This document shows positions 40,839 to 51,240 of a stretch of 64,000 nt of DNA, piece after piece. The notes under the pieces were generated by a model. It had not been told where the DNA came from. It made no database searches and saw nothing but the letters and a program-made list of their open reading frames with translations. The translations under genes and the position numbers were made by a program. Source of the stretch: Planctomycetota bacterium (GTDB taxonomy: Bacteria > Planctomycetota > Phycisphaerae > UBA1845). How positions within the stretch are numbered: the stretch's first letter is position 1; every line of letters begins with the position of its first letter. The stretch lies in assembly GCA_024276605.1 (NCBI GenBank), contig JAJRWX010000033.1, positions 19,541 through 83,540 of the forward strand, given 5' to 3'.

Positions 40839-41092
40839 GGTAGACTTTACACTTTATTCGTCGGAAAGATGATCCACTAAGGGAAAAACCGCCCCCATAT
40901 CCTGCGAGGCTACCTTCACCACGAGGGCTGTCTATCGCTTCAATGACGACTAGACTGCTCTGGAGGAGGTAAGAAACCCTTAAATAATGCTAAAAGTAGC
41001 TAATTGAATGCAGTTGCGGACTACTCACTTATTAATGTATACTTGTCCTTGGTTTATGTCGCGGCATCGAGAAGACCTGTGGAGGGTGGAGT

Positions 41093-41905
41093 ATGCAGCG
41101 CGCATGTTGGGTTCATATCATTAGCGGGACTTTCCTGATCTCCACACCCCAAGTCGTGTTCGGATCGAGGATTACAGTTGACGTACAATTATCGCCGGAC
41201 ATTATCGTGGATTCGGTTACGCGGTGTATCTGCTTCCGTCTTTTTGATTGTTTCCAAAATTACACGGAACAATGTTTGGAAATTACGTTTATTGATGGCA
41301 TCGCGCAAGGCGTTTCTTTTTATGCCGAATCCCGCACCTACGAGTGCATAGAAGCAAGAGACCCGCTGCATACATTACGATCGTTGTCGGAAGTGGTGTG
41401 CGTAGATGATCGATGTTCGGCCAACTTCATCGATGATCCGGATTCCGGCGGTAACTGGCTCATCAATGGAAATATGAATGATGATTTCGTTATCGATATC
41501 CGTGATGTGGCCGTGTACAAATCTGAAATTCTTCGCGGCGCTGATTACCCCAATGGTGATACGACTTGCTCTACTCAATCACCCCACGGAGATGTTAATG
41601 GGGACGGTCGTGTTGATATTTTGGATCACGACATCATAGCCTTTGAACACTTTCTGTCTGAACAGAAAGCGGGATGCTGGAGGACAGTCTGCGACTGTCT
41701 AAATCCCGAACTTGACAGCGACGGTGACAATGTCCCGGACTGCGTCGACTTATGTCCCGACGTAGACGACACGATATTCGCCCCACAATGCGCCGATGCC
41801 GTTCCAACGATTTCTGAATGGGGTGTTCTCGTTCTAGCGCTGTTGCTTTTGATTACCGGTAAGATTTATTTCGGACAAGGGCTTCTATACAAACCTTCGG
41901 TGTAA
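41093..41905 (+). CDS. Secreted dockerin-like/EF-hand protein with TSP3-like motif and IPTL-CTERM signal
   Basis: GNMNDDFVIDIRD and GDVNGDGRVDILD, DSDGDNVPDCVDLCP, VPTISEWGVLVLALLLL. Confidence 0.8.
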   Translation: MQRACWVHIISGTFLISTPQVVFGSRITVDVQLSPDIIVDSVTRCICFRLFDCFQNYTEQCLEITFIDGIAQGVSFYAESRTYECIEARDPLHTLRSLSEVVCVDDRCSANFIDDPDSGGNWLINGNMNDDFVIDIRDVAVYKSEILRGADYPNGDTTCSTQSPHGDVNGDGRVDILDHDIIAFEHFLSEQKAGCWRTVCDCLNPELDSDGDNVPDCVDLCPDVDDTIFAPQCADAVPTISEWGVLVLALLLLITGKIYFGQGLLYKPSV

Positions 41906-42030
41906 GCACCATGACTACAACCAATTTCGCTATTTCGAAAAGCATGCACGCCGAAGCGGTGTTGGCTTGTGGTCTCATGTCACGCCAGAAAAACGCCTTA
42001 ACGGAATCTGAGGTTTGAACGGAAAAGAAG
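41868..42030 (+). repeat. Degenerate direct duplicate of the thermonuclease 3' end (about 40662-40830)
   Basis: CACCAT.ACTACAACCAATTTCGC.AT.TCGAAAAGC.TGC.CGCCGAAGCGG.GTTGGCTTGTGGTCTCA.GT.ACGC occurs at both 40701 and 41907. Confidence 0.88.
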
Positions 42031-42103
42031 CACGTCCTAATATACCGAACTGTATTTAATCAAATTATTGTTTAGACATCAGATTGTCTGAACACTCATT
42101 TGA

Positions 42104-44047
42104 TTAATCATTTTTTTTCTTTTTTCCAAATAAGCTTTTACCCAAGCCTTTAATCTGATTGCCAATATCATCGCCCTTCTTGTTATCTTTGTCGCTTTTT
42201 TGCGGTGCTTTCTTTTTATCCGGCGATTCCTTTCGGCTACCTAAACCCGGCAACACCTTTTTTAGATCCATCCCAGGCAGCCCCTTCTTTATATCTATGT
42301 CTGACACAGCCCCTTCAATTAATTCGTCAGCCCGACCGCGCACTTCTTTAGCAAGTATCCCGGCACCGGCGGCGACCAACGCATCAGCTAATTGAGTGTC
42401 ATCGAGAAAAATGCGCGGATTATCAATCGGCCCGCGAAGGCCTAGTGGAATCGTCAGTTCACTGACAGGTGATGACCCGGCCCCGGATATCGCAATCGTC
42501 GTGTTATGCAGTGTTACCTGCATAGGCAAATCGATATAGGTACCGCCACTTGTACGAATCGTTCCTTTCATAGCCAAGTCCATCGTACCGCCGGAAATTG
42601 GCTTATTACCTTTGCTTAAACTATTTGCTATGCTGTCTACATCCAAACCCCGATAGTTAAAATCTACCACACTATCTCCACCACGGGCAGAAACCCCAGC
42701 CATCCCCAGCTTGACTGACAACGTCTTTGCACTCGATTCAATACTTATGGTAGGTTCTTCTTCCAACAGTGAGGGATGCGTCGAGATGAAACTGGCATGG
42801 ATCACCAACGATTCTCCAGGCAACGCATCCGTCTTCACATTCACCGCATCCATCTGATCTATGACAAACCTAGGTGCACCATCAATAAGATGACTGGCTA
42901 TGACTTGAGCATATCCCAATGCCTGGGCTTGTCGCTGGAGTCGCTCGCGGAGCGTTTCACCTCCTGCTATCTCCTCAGTTTCAGCATCAGACGCTTCCGC
43001 CGAACCGGAAATTGTCTCAATCCATTGTCGTATCTGAGTAAGTTGTTGTTGCCATTGGCGAGGATCCTGGAGATAGTCCCCTAAATTTTTCTCCCCTTGC
43101 TTTGCGGCCACTGATTTTACCGGCGTGGGTTTATGACCGATGAGTTTTCCCGGCGACGAACGCTTGGCGCCGTGTGCAGCGCCACTGATCACCACCCGGT
43201 CGAGTCTGAGCTGTTTTCGAAGCAGAGATGTGGTACTTACATCGGCCTCTATTTTTCCCGCACGGAACAAATCAACGTTTAGGTTATTCGGGTCCGCCAT
43301 CGCTAAGCCCGTAAGGGTCATGCGTCCCCCAGCTAGGTCGACGTCGGCACCTGCCAACTCTACGGTAGCGCCGTTGGCTTGTTCCAAGCCACGCCTTAGC
43401 GCAGACACAATAAACGGGCCGGAGAAAAACATCTGCACAACAATCAACAATACAACCACCAGGCCACAAACCGCTACACCAACCGGACGAATCAATTTTC
43501 CTTTTTTCTCAAGCAAGTCGGCGTAGCTATCTTTTGCACCTCCTCCTACAAACACTTTAAGTAGAAGTTTGACCCACCATTTCCCCATCAACTGCTTGTA
43601 CAAATCGGAGCCTTGTTCCAGGGATGACATTTTTGTTCGGATTCCACGGACGAGCTTTATCAAGGCCAACCCAGCCACAATGCCAATCGTCGCACCTAGT
43701 ATCAGTCCACCCGTGGTCACGTAGTACTCAAAGCCAAAAAGTGCTAAAACCGGGGCGTTAATCATCGCCTTAAATAACGATTGCGTCGGGCCATCAAGAA
43801 GCATACGGCCACCCGCAAAAGAAATCGGCAACAACACAAGCGATAGTAATTTAGCAAATCCAGCAATAATGACGGCCAACGTGATATTTACATTCATGAC
43901 GAGCAAAGCAAGTGCCAATGAAATGACCAACCCAGGTGCCTGTACGAAGCCGGGCATAAAGCCGAGTATCGCCCCCAACACACACGAAACCATTAATTGA
44001 GCCGGCGTAGCACCGCCACGCAAAATCTTGGCCACCTTCTTAAACAT
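42104..44047 (-). CDS. Membrane protein, probable TIGR03546-like N-terminus fused to an AsmA-like domain
   Basis: ATPAQL..SCVLG..LGFMP N-terminal TM region, followed by LEQANGATVE..LTGLAMADP beta-rich region. Confidence 0.65.
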   Translation of the reverse strand: MFKKVAKILRGGATPAQLMVSCVLGAILGFMPGFVQAPGLVISLALALLVMNVNITLAVIIAGFAKLLSLVLLPISFAGGRMLLDGPTQSLFKAMINAPVLALFGFEYYVTTGGLILGATIGIVAGLALIKLVRGIRTKMSSLEQGSDLYKQLMGKWWVKLLLKVFVGGGAKDSYADLLEKKGKLIRPVGVAVCGLVVVLLIVVQMFFSGPFIVSALRRGLEQANGATVELAGADVDLAGGRMTLTGLAMADPNNLNVDLFRAGKIEADVSTTSLLRKQLRLDRVVISGAAHGAKRSSPGKLIGHKPTPVKSVAAKQGEKNLGDYLQDPRQWQQQLTQIRQWIETISGSAEASDAETEEIAGGETLRERLQRQAQALGYAQVIASHLIDGAPRFVIDQMDAVNVKTDALPGESLVIHASFISTHPSLLEEEPTISIESSAKTLSVKLGMAGVSARGGDSVVDFNYRGLDVDSIANSLSKGNKPISGGTMDLAMKGTIRTSGGTYIDLPMQVTLHNTTIAISGAGSSPVSELTIPLGLRGPIDNPRIFLDDTQLADALVAAGAGILAKEVRGRADELIEGAVSDIDIKKGLPGMDLKKVLPGLGSRKESPDKKKAPQKSDKDNKKGDDIGNQIKGLGKSLFGKKKKND

Positions 44048-44313
44048 GGTCATGTCCCTTTCGAGTAGATTCCGCCGCAAGAGGCGTCCAACCGTACACC
44101 GTCTGTGTTCACCGTCCACAACGCAACTCTGTCAGGCCGGTAACTTACTCCATACTTGTGTCTTCGTGAAGGAGATTTGATGAAACAGGTTCAAATGTTC
44201 ATATAGCTGAGTGCGGGCAGAATATGATCCAGACTTGTCGGGAACCGTGCATATTTACCTGGAAAGAACGGTATTCATGCAGATGATTACCGTTACTCGA
44301 AAACATTTATTTC

Positions 44314-45132
44314 CTAAGCTGCACTGGAAGTCGGTGTCGCCGAACGTTTTTGATAACGGGTTAATCCCAAAATAGCCGCGCCGTAGGCTACCACGTGGGC
44401 GGGATGCTTGGGAAGGAATATTGACCCACCGAATTCCTGCCGACAGGCCTCGATCATGCCTTCCTGACGTACAACCCCACCGATGAAAACCACATCACTT
44501 TCAAAACCAACCATTCTTAGTTGGCTCAGTGCCCGTCCAGCCAGCGATTGATGCGCACCGCAAATGATATCAGCCACCGTTTTTCCTTCCGACACGTGGT
44601 TGATGATTTCCGACTCCGCCAGCACGGCACAAACGCTACTAATGGGCTGCGGGTTCTCAGCCGTCAAAGACAACTTACCGATTTCGTTAACATCGACTTC
44701 AAGATAACGGCAAATCCGTTCCAGAAATCCACCACTACCAGCCGCACACTTTTCGTTCGTCCGGAACGATTTTACTTTCCCGTTGTCTCGAAGCTCAACC
44801 GCACGCGTGCACTGCGCTCCCATATCCAACACATAGCGGGCTTGAGGAAACAGCGTAAACGCCCCACGGGCACCACACGTCAGATCCGTGATCTGAATAT
44901 CGCGCATATTCAGACTGTATCGCCCCAGGCCAGTAGAAGCGATGTAATCGACGTCACCGGTATCAATGCCCGCTTAATCACACGCCTGCTGAAGTGAGCT
45001 TTGTGCTACGGCGTCAAAGTTAGCCTGCGTTCGGGTGATACCGCGCCCAACCACTTCGCGTTGCTCGTTAATAATAACTGTTTTCGAAGCACCCGCACCA
45101 AGATCTATACCTGCTATATAAGCCACACTCAT
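44314..45132 (-). pseudogene. bzdP: Benzoyl-CoA reductase ATPase subunit (BzdP/BcrD-like) with in-frame TAA at codon 53
   Basis: From ATG 45132 (AGGAGG RBS): [17 protein letters not shown]...QQACD*AGID..STGLGRY..QITDLTCGARGA..DMGAQ..NEKCAAGSG. Stop at 44974-44976. Confidence 0.8.
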
Positions 45133-45248
45133 CTCCTCCTATGGCCGGCTTTCACGGCAACACTGATCCATTGGCCACCGTCATCGTAACCGATGGTTGT
45201 CATCTCCATGGCCTCGTCATACTGAAAGTATACGTATTCATTATTCAT
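45129..45248 (-). CDS. Small 39-aa ORF overlapping both neighbours
   Basis: [39 protein letters not shown]. Its start overlaps the upstream stop, and its TGA overlaps the next ATG (ATGA). Confidence 0.45.
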   Translation of the reverse strand: MNNEYVYFQYDEAMEMTTIGYDDGGQWISVAVKAGHRRR

Positions 45249-46077
45249 CAACCCAAACGGCAGGTTCCGTACCAACCGTCGCATCAGGTGAGCATTCTGC
45301 CATCACATGATCCATCGCGAACAGTGCCGCACCCAAGGCACCACAGAAATGCGCATCCGGGCTGATGTTAAGCGATTGTCCCAGCTTGGCTTCCAAGGCT
45401 CGAATCATGCCGATATTTCGGGCTACACCACCGGTAAATGTCATCTCCGGGTCAAGCCCTACGCGGCGTACCAAACCAATCGTCCGTGTAGCGATGGCTT
45501 CGTGTACACCAGCTAAGATATCTTCCACTTTCTTCTTTTGGGCAAGGTGGCTTAAAATGTCCGACTCAACGAACACCGTACACACGCTGGTCAGACGAAT
45601 CGGCTTGGTTCCTCTCAGAGAAATCTCACCAATTTCATCCAGCGTTAATCCAAGCACATCTGCCGCACCGGCAAGAAACCGCCCCGTTCCAGCTGCGCAT
45701 TTGTCGTTCATGCAAAAGTCGAGTACGTCGCCGTCGGAGCTGACTTTAATCGCCTTGGTGTCCTGTCCACCCATGTCAATCACGGTACGTGTGCCAGGAA
45801 AGAGCAGGTGTGCGCCACGGGCGTGGCAGGATATTTCCGTCACCTGCGTGTCACCCGCTTCGATTTTGTAACGACCGTAACCCGTACCCACGACAAACTT
45901 AATATCATCGCGCTGTATGCCAGCCTTGGCGACGAGTTCATCCAGCACACGTTGCCCCGCCCGCTTTACATTGGCGCCGGTATCGATCAAGAACCGCTCC
46001 ACAATACCACGAGAGCTGTCAATGACCACTGCCTTGGCCTGGGTACTTCCAACATCTATTCCGGCTGCATATTGCAT
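45241..46077 (-). CDS. bzdQ: Benzoyl-CoA reductase ATPase subunit (BzdQ/BcrA-like; ASKHA activase)
   Basis: [47 protein letters not shown]. Confidence 0.82.
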   Translation of the reverse strand: MQYAAGIDVGSTQAKAVVIDSSRGIVERFLIDTGANVKRAGQRVLDELVAKAGIQRDDIKFVVGTGYGRYKIEAGDTQVTEISCHARGAHLLFPGTRTVIDMGGQDTKAIKVSSDGDVLDFCMNDKCAAGTGRFLAGAADVLGLTLDEIGEISLRGTKPIRLTSVCTVFVESDILSHLAQKKKVEDILAGVHEAIATRTIGLVRRVGLDPEMTFTGGVARNIGMIRALEAKLGQSLNISPDAHFCGALGAALFAMDHVMAECSPDATVGTEPAVWVDE

Positions 46078-47390
46078 TATGTAGAACCTTTCATACCAGC
46101 GCCGCGTTTTCCCATCTCTACCTGTTCTCCTTTACGTAACCGTTTGTATTGGAGCGACTCAAAGAACGCATCGATGCGGTTCTTCATTTGGGCTTCGGCG
46201 TAATACCTTGGATCTTCGAGGTCGGACTCAACCATAAGCGTTGGCACGCCAAGCTCTTTGGTGAAATACTCCCGCATATCTCCCTGCCCCGCAGAAAAAA
46301 GTCGGCAGCTCTTTATACTGTGAATGACCAGCGCGTCGGCATTCCAGTCATCGACGTATGTTTTTATTTGTTTGTATCGCTCAATCATGGATCGATTGCA
46401 GAGATTGTGCACAATCATTTGCTCGGCGATGCTTTCGAGTGGATTGTCGGGGTCGTGCCGGAAACCAAATTCCCAAGTACCTCCGACGGTAGAATATGTA
46501 CTTTGTACAGCTACCGCCCCCCACGCCTCAAACAAGTTACGAAAGTTTCGATAGTACGGATAAGGCGGCGGACCTTCGAACACGACGCGAAATCGCTCCT
46601 CGTCCAAGACACCCATACCGTCAGCAATCATGTTTTCATATTCTTTGATCGTAGCGTCGAAGAAATCGGCGGCTTCTTTCGTTCCACGCAGGGCATTGAT
46701 AGGCCCCATCATGTTGATGCTGTCAAAATATGCATCAAACGGGGCAGGATGATTTTTACATAATTCCTTGGCTCGACTCCAACCCGCTTCGGCACGGACG
46801 GAATATTTCAGAATCTCTCTTAACTTGTCAATGTCAAACTTCTTGCCGGTCAGCTCTTCACACTTGGTGATAAGCTCCTTGAGTTGACATATGACATAGG
46901 CTACGTCTTCTTTAGTTGGCGCTTCTTCACGGAGGAAGGGAATGTCCAGCATGACCATCGGAACATTCAACATTTGAGAACAATGCTCAAACCACTTGAT
47001 GTACACGTTGCAACCGACAAAGTTGCACACAATCATCGATGGTTTTGGTATAGTGCCGTTCTCACCGACCCCACCACACATCGTAAACCCGATATCCGCC
47101 TTCACATAGGCACAGTTGTCAGATGCATAGCCAATCTCTTCGCTCTTGATAATATAAGGCAATGAGTTTTTGCGTATGGCAAGTTGCAGTGCATTGATCT
47201 CGGGAAACACCGGTAATATGTCGAAGCATCGCATGATCTCGACACAATTTCCGCTAATCATGAGATAGGCGGAAGGTACGGGATTTGTTGTGGCAGCCTT
47301 CAACTGCGACATCCAACCCGTCATGATATCGCGCGATAACTTATGTATTTTCCCGCGATAATCTTTTTCATCTGATACCGTCGTTCGCAT
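46077..47390 (-). CDS. bzdO: Benzoyl-CoA reductase subunit B (BzdO/BcrB-like)
   Basis: [64 protein letters not shown]. Confidence 0.82.
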   Translation of the reverse strand: MRTTVSDEKDYRGKIHKLSRDIMTGWMSQLKAATTNPVPSAYLMISGNCVEIMRCFDILPVFPEINALQLAIRKNSLPYIIKSEEIGYASDNCAYVKADIGFTMCGGVGENGTIPKPSMIVCNFVGCNVYIKWFEHCSQMLNVPMVMLDIPFLREEAPTKEDVAYVICQLKELITKCEELTGKKFDIDKLREILKYSVRAEAGWSRAKELCKNHPAPFDAYFDSINMMGPINALRGTKEAADFFDATIKEYENMIADGMGVLDEERFRVVFEGPPPYPYYRNFRNLFEAWGAVAVQSTYSTVGGTWEFGFRHDPDNPLESIAEQMIVHNLCNRSMIERYKQIKTYVDDWNADALVIHSIKSCRLFSAGQGDMREYFTKELGVPTLMVESDLEDPRYYAEAQMKNRIDAFFESLQYKRLRKGEQVEMGKRGAGMKGST

Positions 47391-47523
47391 TGTGCTTACT
47401 CCAAACCCTTCACCTTGTTAGACAACGTCGGCGGCGTGCCCGCCCAAACTCACCATTGTCAACAAAGCCTGGATTGATGTTGTCTCACTTTATTCCCATT
47501 CTTCTCTCGGCTATCCCGAATCA

Positions 47524-48678
47524 CTAATCAAACAACATAGATTCCGCGAACGTTTCTATCTCCGTGCGCGTACTTTCGAACGTCCACATTTTCTCTTCAA
47601 ATTCTATTTTTAGATGAGGCACATCTGCTTCTTCCAATTTTTGGCGAAACAACACATAGTCCAACAGGGCCGGCTCGCAGAATTTTGCCGGTGCAAAGAG
47701 GACGGCCTCAGCGCCGGAACGCTTCATCCGATCAATCAGCCCGTCAGTTCGCGGTTTTTTATAGTCATGTCGAACCGACGTATAGACACTGCTCGCTAAG
47801 TATGCGTTGGACAGCGCTGCCAGCGGATCGCCATTTGAAACCACATCATCATCGAAAAGGCGCCAACCAATGATCATATCGTCGTCTTGCACCAGACAAC
47901 CGCTGGCTTCGATGACCTCGACCAATCCGATCGGCGGCTGTTCGCAAAAAGCACCCTCCACAACTACCCGCACCCCGTCTCGCGGTTTGACATCCGAAGC
48001 CTCAACAGCATCGCAAAGCTCACGCAGCATGGGCACAAAATCCTCCGGCATCATGCGCGTACTTGCCTGCACCACAGCGTACAAATCCGCAGCGGCAATC
48101 GACGAAGGATGAGCTTTTCGATGAGCATAGAGACGTCGGGTGTGGTGGCGCACTTCATTGTAAAGTTTAAGGCTGTCTCGAATCGCCTCGTCGGGAATAG
48201 GTCGATTCAATTGTTTCGATAGATTGGTACGAAAGCGTTCAAATTCCGATCGCGCGTAGTTAGCCGATTCCGCGCTGTACATGTTCTGCGGCATATGAAG
48301 ATATTCGACGTAAAGCTCGGGGCAATTACGCTTGACCAAACTCGAAAGATTGCGCGCGACATCGCAAATGGAACTGAACACGACCCCCTCGAATTCCTTC
48401 ATTTCATCACGAAGAAACAGCTCAAGGGTGCTCTTGGCTATGGAACAAATGAAAGACTGAAACCGCGCATCCGCGTGAGACAACTCAATCTTGTCTCCCG
48501 CACCGAACATCCCAACCGGAAGCAGCCCGGCTGCGTGGATAATCTCTACCGGCGCATAAACCGGAAAAACCCCAAAACCCCCTACATCGGGATGTTTCTC
48601 CCTCGCCAGTGCAAGAATCTGAGCCGGTAGTAGGTCGAGTAGATCACGACATTCCTGAATGATTTTTTCGCCAGTCAC
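47524..48678 (-). CDS. bzdN: Benzoyl-CoA reductase subunit C (BzdN/BcrC-like)
   Basis: PVYAPVEIIHAAG, FQSFICSI, SICDVARNL, GAFCEQPP, KFCEPALLD, ETFAES. GTG start with GGAGG RBS. Confidence 0.85.
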   Translation of the reverse strand: MTGEKIIQECRDLLDLLPAQILALAREKHPDVGGFGVFPVYAPVEIIHAAGLLPVGMFGAGDKIELSHADARFQSFICSIAKSTLELFLRDEMKEFEGVVFSSICDVARNLSSLVKRNCPELYVEYLHMPQNMYSAESANYARSEFERFRTNLSKQLNRPIPDEAIRDSLKLYNEVRHHTRRLYAHRKAHPSSIAAADLYAVVQASTRMMPEDFVPMLRELCDAVEASDVKPRDGVRVVVEGAFCEQPPIGLVEVIEASGCLVQDDDMIIGWRLFDDDVVSNGDPLAALSNAYLASSVYTSVRHDYKKPRTDGLIDRMKRSGAEAVLFAPAKFCEPALLDYVLFRQKLEEADVPHLKIEFEEKMWTFESTRTEIETFAESMLFD

Positions 48679-48719
48679 ACAAACCTCCAATACGATGTCG
48701 ATGCACTCACCGAATTCGT

Positions 48720-51212
48720 TTACGAATTCGCCGAGGCTCCATCCAACTCTTGTTCTCCAGAAAATTCCGCCATCCCGTTCTCGGACGGGTAACGCCAACC
48801 CGGTAGCTCAACTTGATCGCACGAGTAATTCATGGCGGGAGGACGCTTCCCTCGATCGAGCAGTGCAAGCAACCCAACACTGATGAACGGATTCTTTTTC
48901 GGGTTGAAAATTTCCCCGGTTTCAGTAGCTAATGCCGCATCGTTTGCACCGCGCGCCAGTTCTTTTTTGAACAGTGCCCTTGAATAAGGCGCATCCTTAG
49001 CCATCTGTCGGGCGCGCTCGAATCCACGCTGCAACGCTTCCAACTCGTTATCAAAAACGCCGTTACAAAGCCCAACCTGAAAAGCACGATCAGCGGTAAG
49101 CCCCTGATCGAACAATTCGAAGATCACTGAGTCACCCATACCCAACCGTTTCAACTCACCAGCCGCCCCAAACCCGGGCAAAATCGCATAATCCAATTCC
49201 GGTTGGTTGTAGTTACACTTCAGGCCCCACTGCGATTGTCTCTTGAGCGAATCAAACGTGAAGCCAAACGACCGAATGTCGTAGCGTAGATCAAGAAAGT
49301 ATGTGAACTCCGCCCCTCCGCCCCATTTTTCACCAAAGACGCCGATACTGGCTACCGGACTCTGCTGAATCAACCGGAATAGCCCAACACCGTTACGACT
49401 TGACGCCGCCGCTTCGGATTCACTCAATGGCGCATAACCCTTGTCGCGCTCAAACCAACCTCGATTGAATTCACGGGCATCGGCACCGAACATTCTCAAA
49501 CCGGTGCCGGCTGCGGTAAACAACACGGCACCGCACGCGCCTTTCGCATGAAGCTTTAGAACACGGCTATAAGCATGACCAAGCTGATCGATGACTGCCT
49601 TGTTAAAGACATTACCCCGCAACGGACTGTTAAAAATAATGCTTGCGACGCGCCCCTTAGTCGATGGTTCGCCAAATTTAAGATCGAGATAACAACCTCG
49701 GTAATCGCCCGAATCGAGACAAAGCTCGGCGACCGGCGTTCGATAATACTTGCCGTATCCAAGTAAGCGCGAAAGATTTCTTCGCTTCATTTCCAAAAGT
49801 AAGCAGGGACGGTTGATGCGCGGTCCGGTCGTTCCGTCTACATCCAACATGTCAACCATATAGGGATCGTCGGCGTTTTCATCTTGGGCACGTCGAACCA
49901 ATTGGATGAGTCCATCAATGGTTAAGCTGCCAATGAGCGCGTCGATCAACTCGATCAATCCCACTTTGAACCTTAACCCGGCCCGCGTAGCTATGTTAAT
50001 CTGCCCCGGCGTGGCAATTCGATCTTGAATCATATCGAGCGCATACAAACACAATGGCAAGGCATACCGACGAAAAGCTCGACCACCGGCGTCACTCGCA
50101 CAGGCCACATGAACCAACGACGCTGTGCTTTTAATCTTTCCGGCTAGACGATCCTTTTCCGTCGCTTCGTAATAGGACCAGTAATCCTTGCGTGAAATTT
50201 CCCCCATGGGCACATAATCACCCGACTTGGGATCGTACACAGCCGAAGGCTTGGACTTACTCCAAGCATAAAAACCCCGACGCTTGGATGAATTGATTCC
50301 CGTATCCCCACTAATCTCCAGCCGTGCTATCCATTCCGGATAGTAGGCACCATCGCGGTTGTATAGGCCACGTAACCGATCAGTGGCAGGAAGCGCTTCC
50401 CCGAGATGACGAGACGATTCCGTGTACGGCATGTGCCCGGTTTGATCGAGCACGACAAACGGGTTAGCCGTGAACAAATCCCAAAGACCGCCCCGCTCGA
50501 CGATATCTTGCGGACCATCCACATCCCACGAGACGATAGCCCCCATAGCCTGAAACAAGGGATCAGTAATGTAACCGTGATGATCGACCGGCAACGAGAT
50601 GACTGTTTTCTCTAGAATCTGATCCGCAAAAACCGTGCCAATCTTAAATGTCTCGTTCGATGCGTACTTTCCCTTCATGACATCAATCAGGCGGTTGGAT
50701 TCGAACGGAAAGTAACCGTGTACGGTAAGAAATTTCTCGCGAAAGGCCCCGGATGCAAATAAAGCGGCGAGTTCTTCCGTGGTGTGTGAGGATGTATTCG
50801 AAAATATCGCGGCGATGCTAACCGGATCAACCGCTTCTTCGATCAATCGAAAGATGCTCGCTTTTATTTCACTTCGTTCCGTAGCTACTTCCCATATAAT
50901 ATCGGCACGGCTGAGGGCATCATATTCCTGCGTATAGGTTACGCGCGAGGACAGGCGTTCTCGATCCTCTTCTCGTAAACGAAACGCCGACACATCTCGC
51001 TTCCATAAACCTTCAAATCGATCGCGCGCCGCTTGAAGTGCTTCTTGCTTGACATCCAGCAACAATATCTCGTAAGGTGACTTTCGCAGTAAATCAATGA
51101 CGATTCCCTGCCCCATCGTACCGGCGCCGATGATAGCCACACATTGTATCTCATTGACACGCGAGACTGCAGCTTCCAGAGACTTGTCGCCGTATGCAAA
51201 TGCGCAATTCAT
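48720..51212 (-). CDS. 3-hydroxyacyl-CoA dehydrogenase / crotonase-like fusion (divergent, dehydrogenase first)
   Basis: IIGAGTMGQG, WEVATE..IK, SNTSS; C-terminal crotonase fold (GNVFN, GADARE, WGGGAE, QPE..ILPGFGA). Confidence 0.8.
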   Translation of the reverse strand: MNCAFAYGDKSLEAAVSRVNEIQCVAIIGAGTMGQGIVIDLLRKSPYEILLLDVKQEALQAARDRFEGLWKRDVSAFRLREEDRERLSSRVTYTQEYDALSRADIIWEVATERSEIKASIFRLIEEAVDPVSIAAIFSNTSSHTTEELAALFASGAFREKFLTVHGYFPFESNRLIDVMKGKYASNETFKIGTVFADQILEKTVISLPVDHHGYITDPLFQAMGAIVSWDVDGPQDIVERGGLWDLFTANPFVVLDQTGHMPYTESSRHLGEALPATDRLRGLYNRDGAYYPEWIARLEISGDTGINSSKRRGFYAWSKSKPSAVYDPKSGDYVPMGEISRKDYWSYYEATEKDRLAGKIKSTASLVHVACASDAGGRAFRRYALPLCLYALDMIQDRIATPGQINIATRAGLRFKVGLIELIDALIGSLTIDGLIQLVRRAQDENADDPYMVDMLDVDGTTGPRINRPCLLLEMKRRNLSRLLGYGKYYRTPVAELCLDSGDYRGCYLDLKFGEPSTKGRVASIIFNSPLRGNVFNKAVIDQLGHAYSRVLKLHAKGACGAVLFTAAGTGLRMFGADAREFNRGWFERDKGYAPLSESEAAASSRNGVGLFRLIQQSPVASIGVFGEKWGGGAEFTYFLDLRYDIRSFGFTFDSLKRQSQWGLKCNYNQPELDYAILPGFGAAGELKRLGMGDSVIFELFDQGLTADRAFQVGLCNGVFDNELEALQRGFERARQMAKDAPYSRALFKKELARGANDAALATETGEIFNPKKNPFISVGLLALLDRGKRPPAMNYSCDQVELPGWRYPSENGMAEFSGEQELDGASANS

Positions 51213-51240
51213 GACAATCTTCCGTTACCAAAGATAGAAT

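Noticed and set aside
44974-44976. Programmed recoding of the stop in bzdP
   Set aside because: The codon is TAA, which is not used for Sec or Pyl, and it lies at a non-catalytic position.
47391-47523. Possible small ORF between bzdN and bzdO
   Set aside because: Only frames of about 21 codons or fewer were found, without coupling to the downstream gene.
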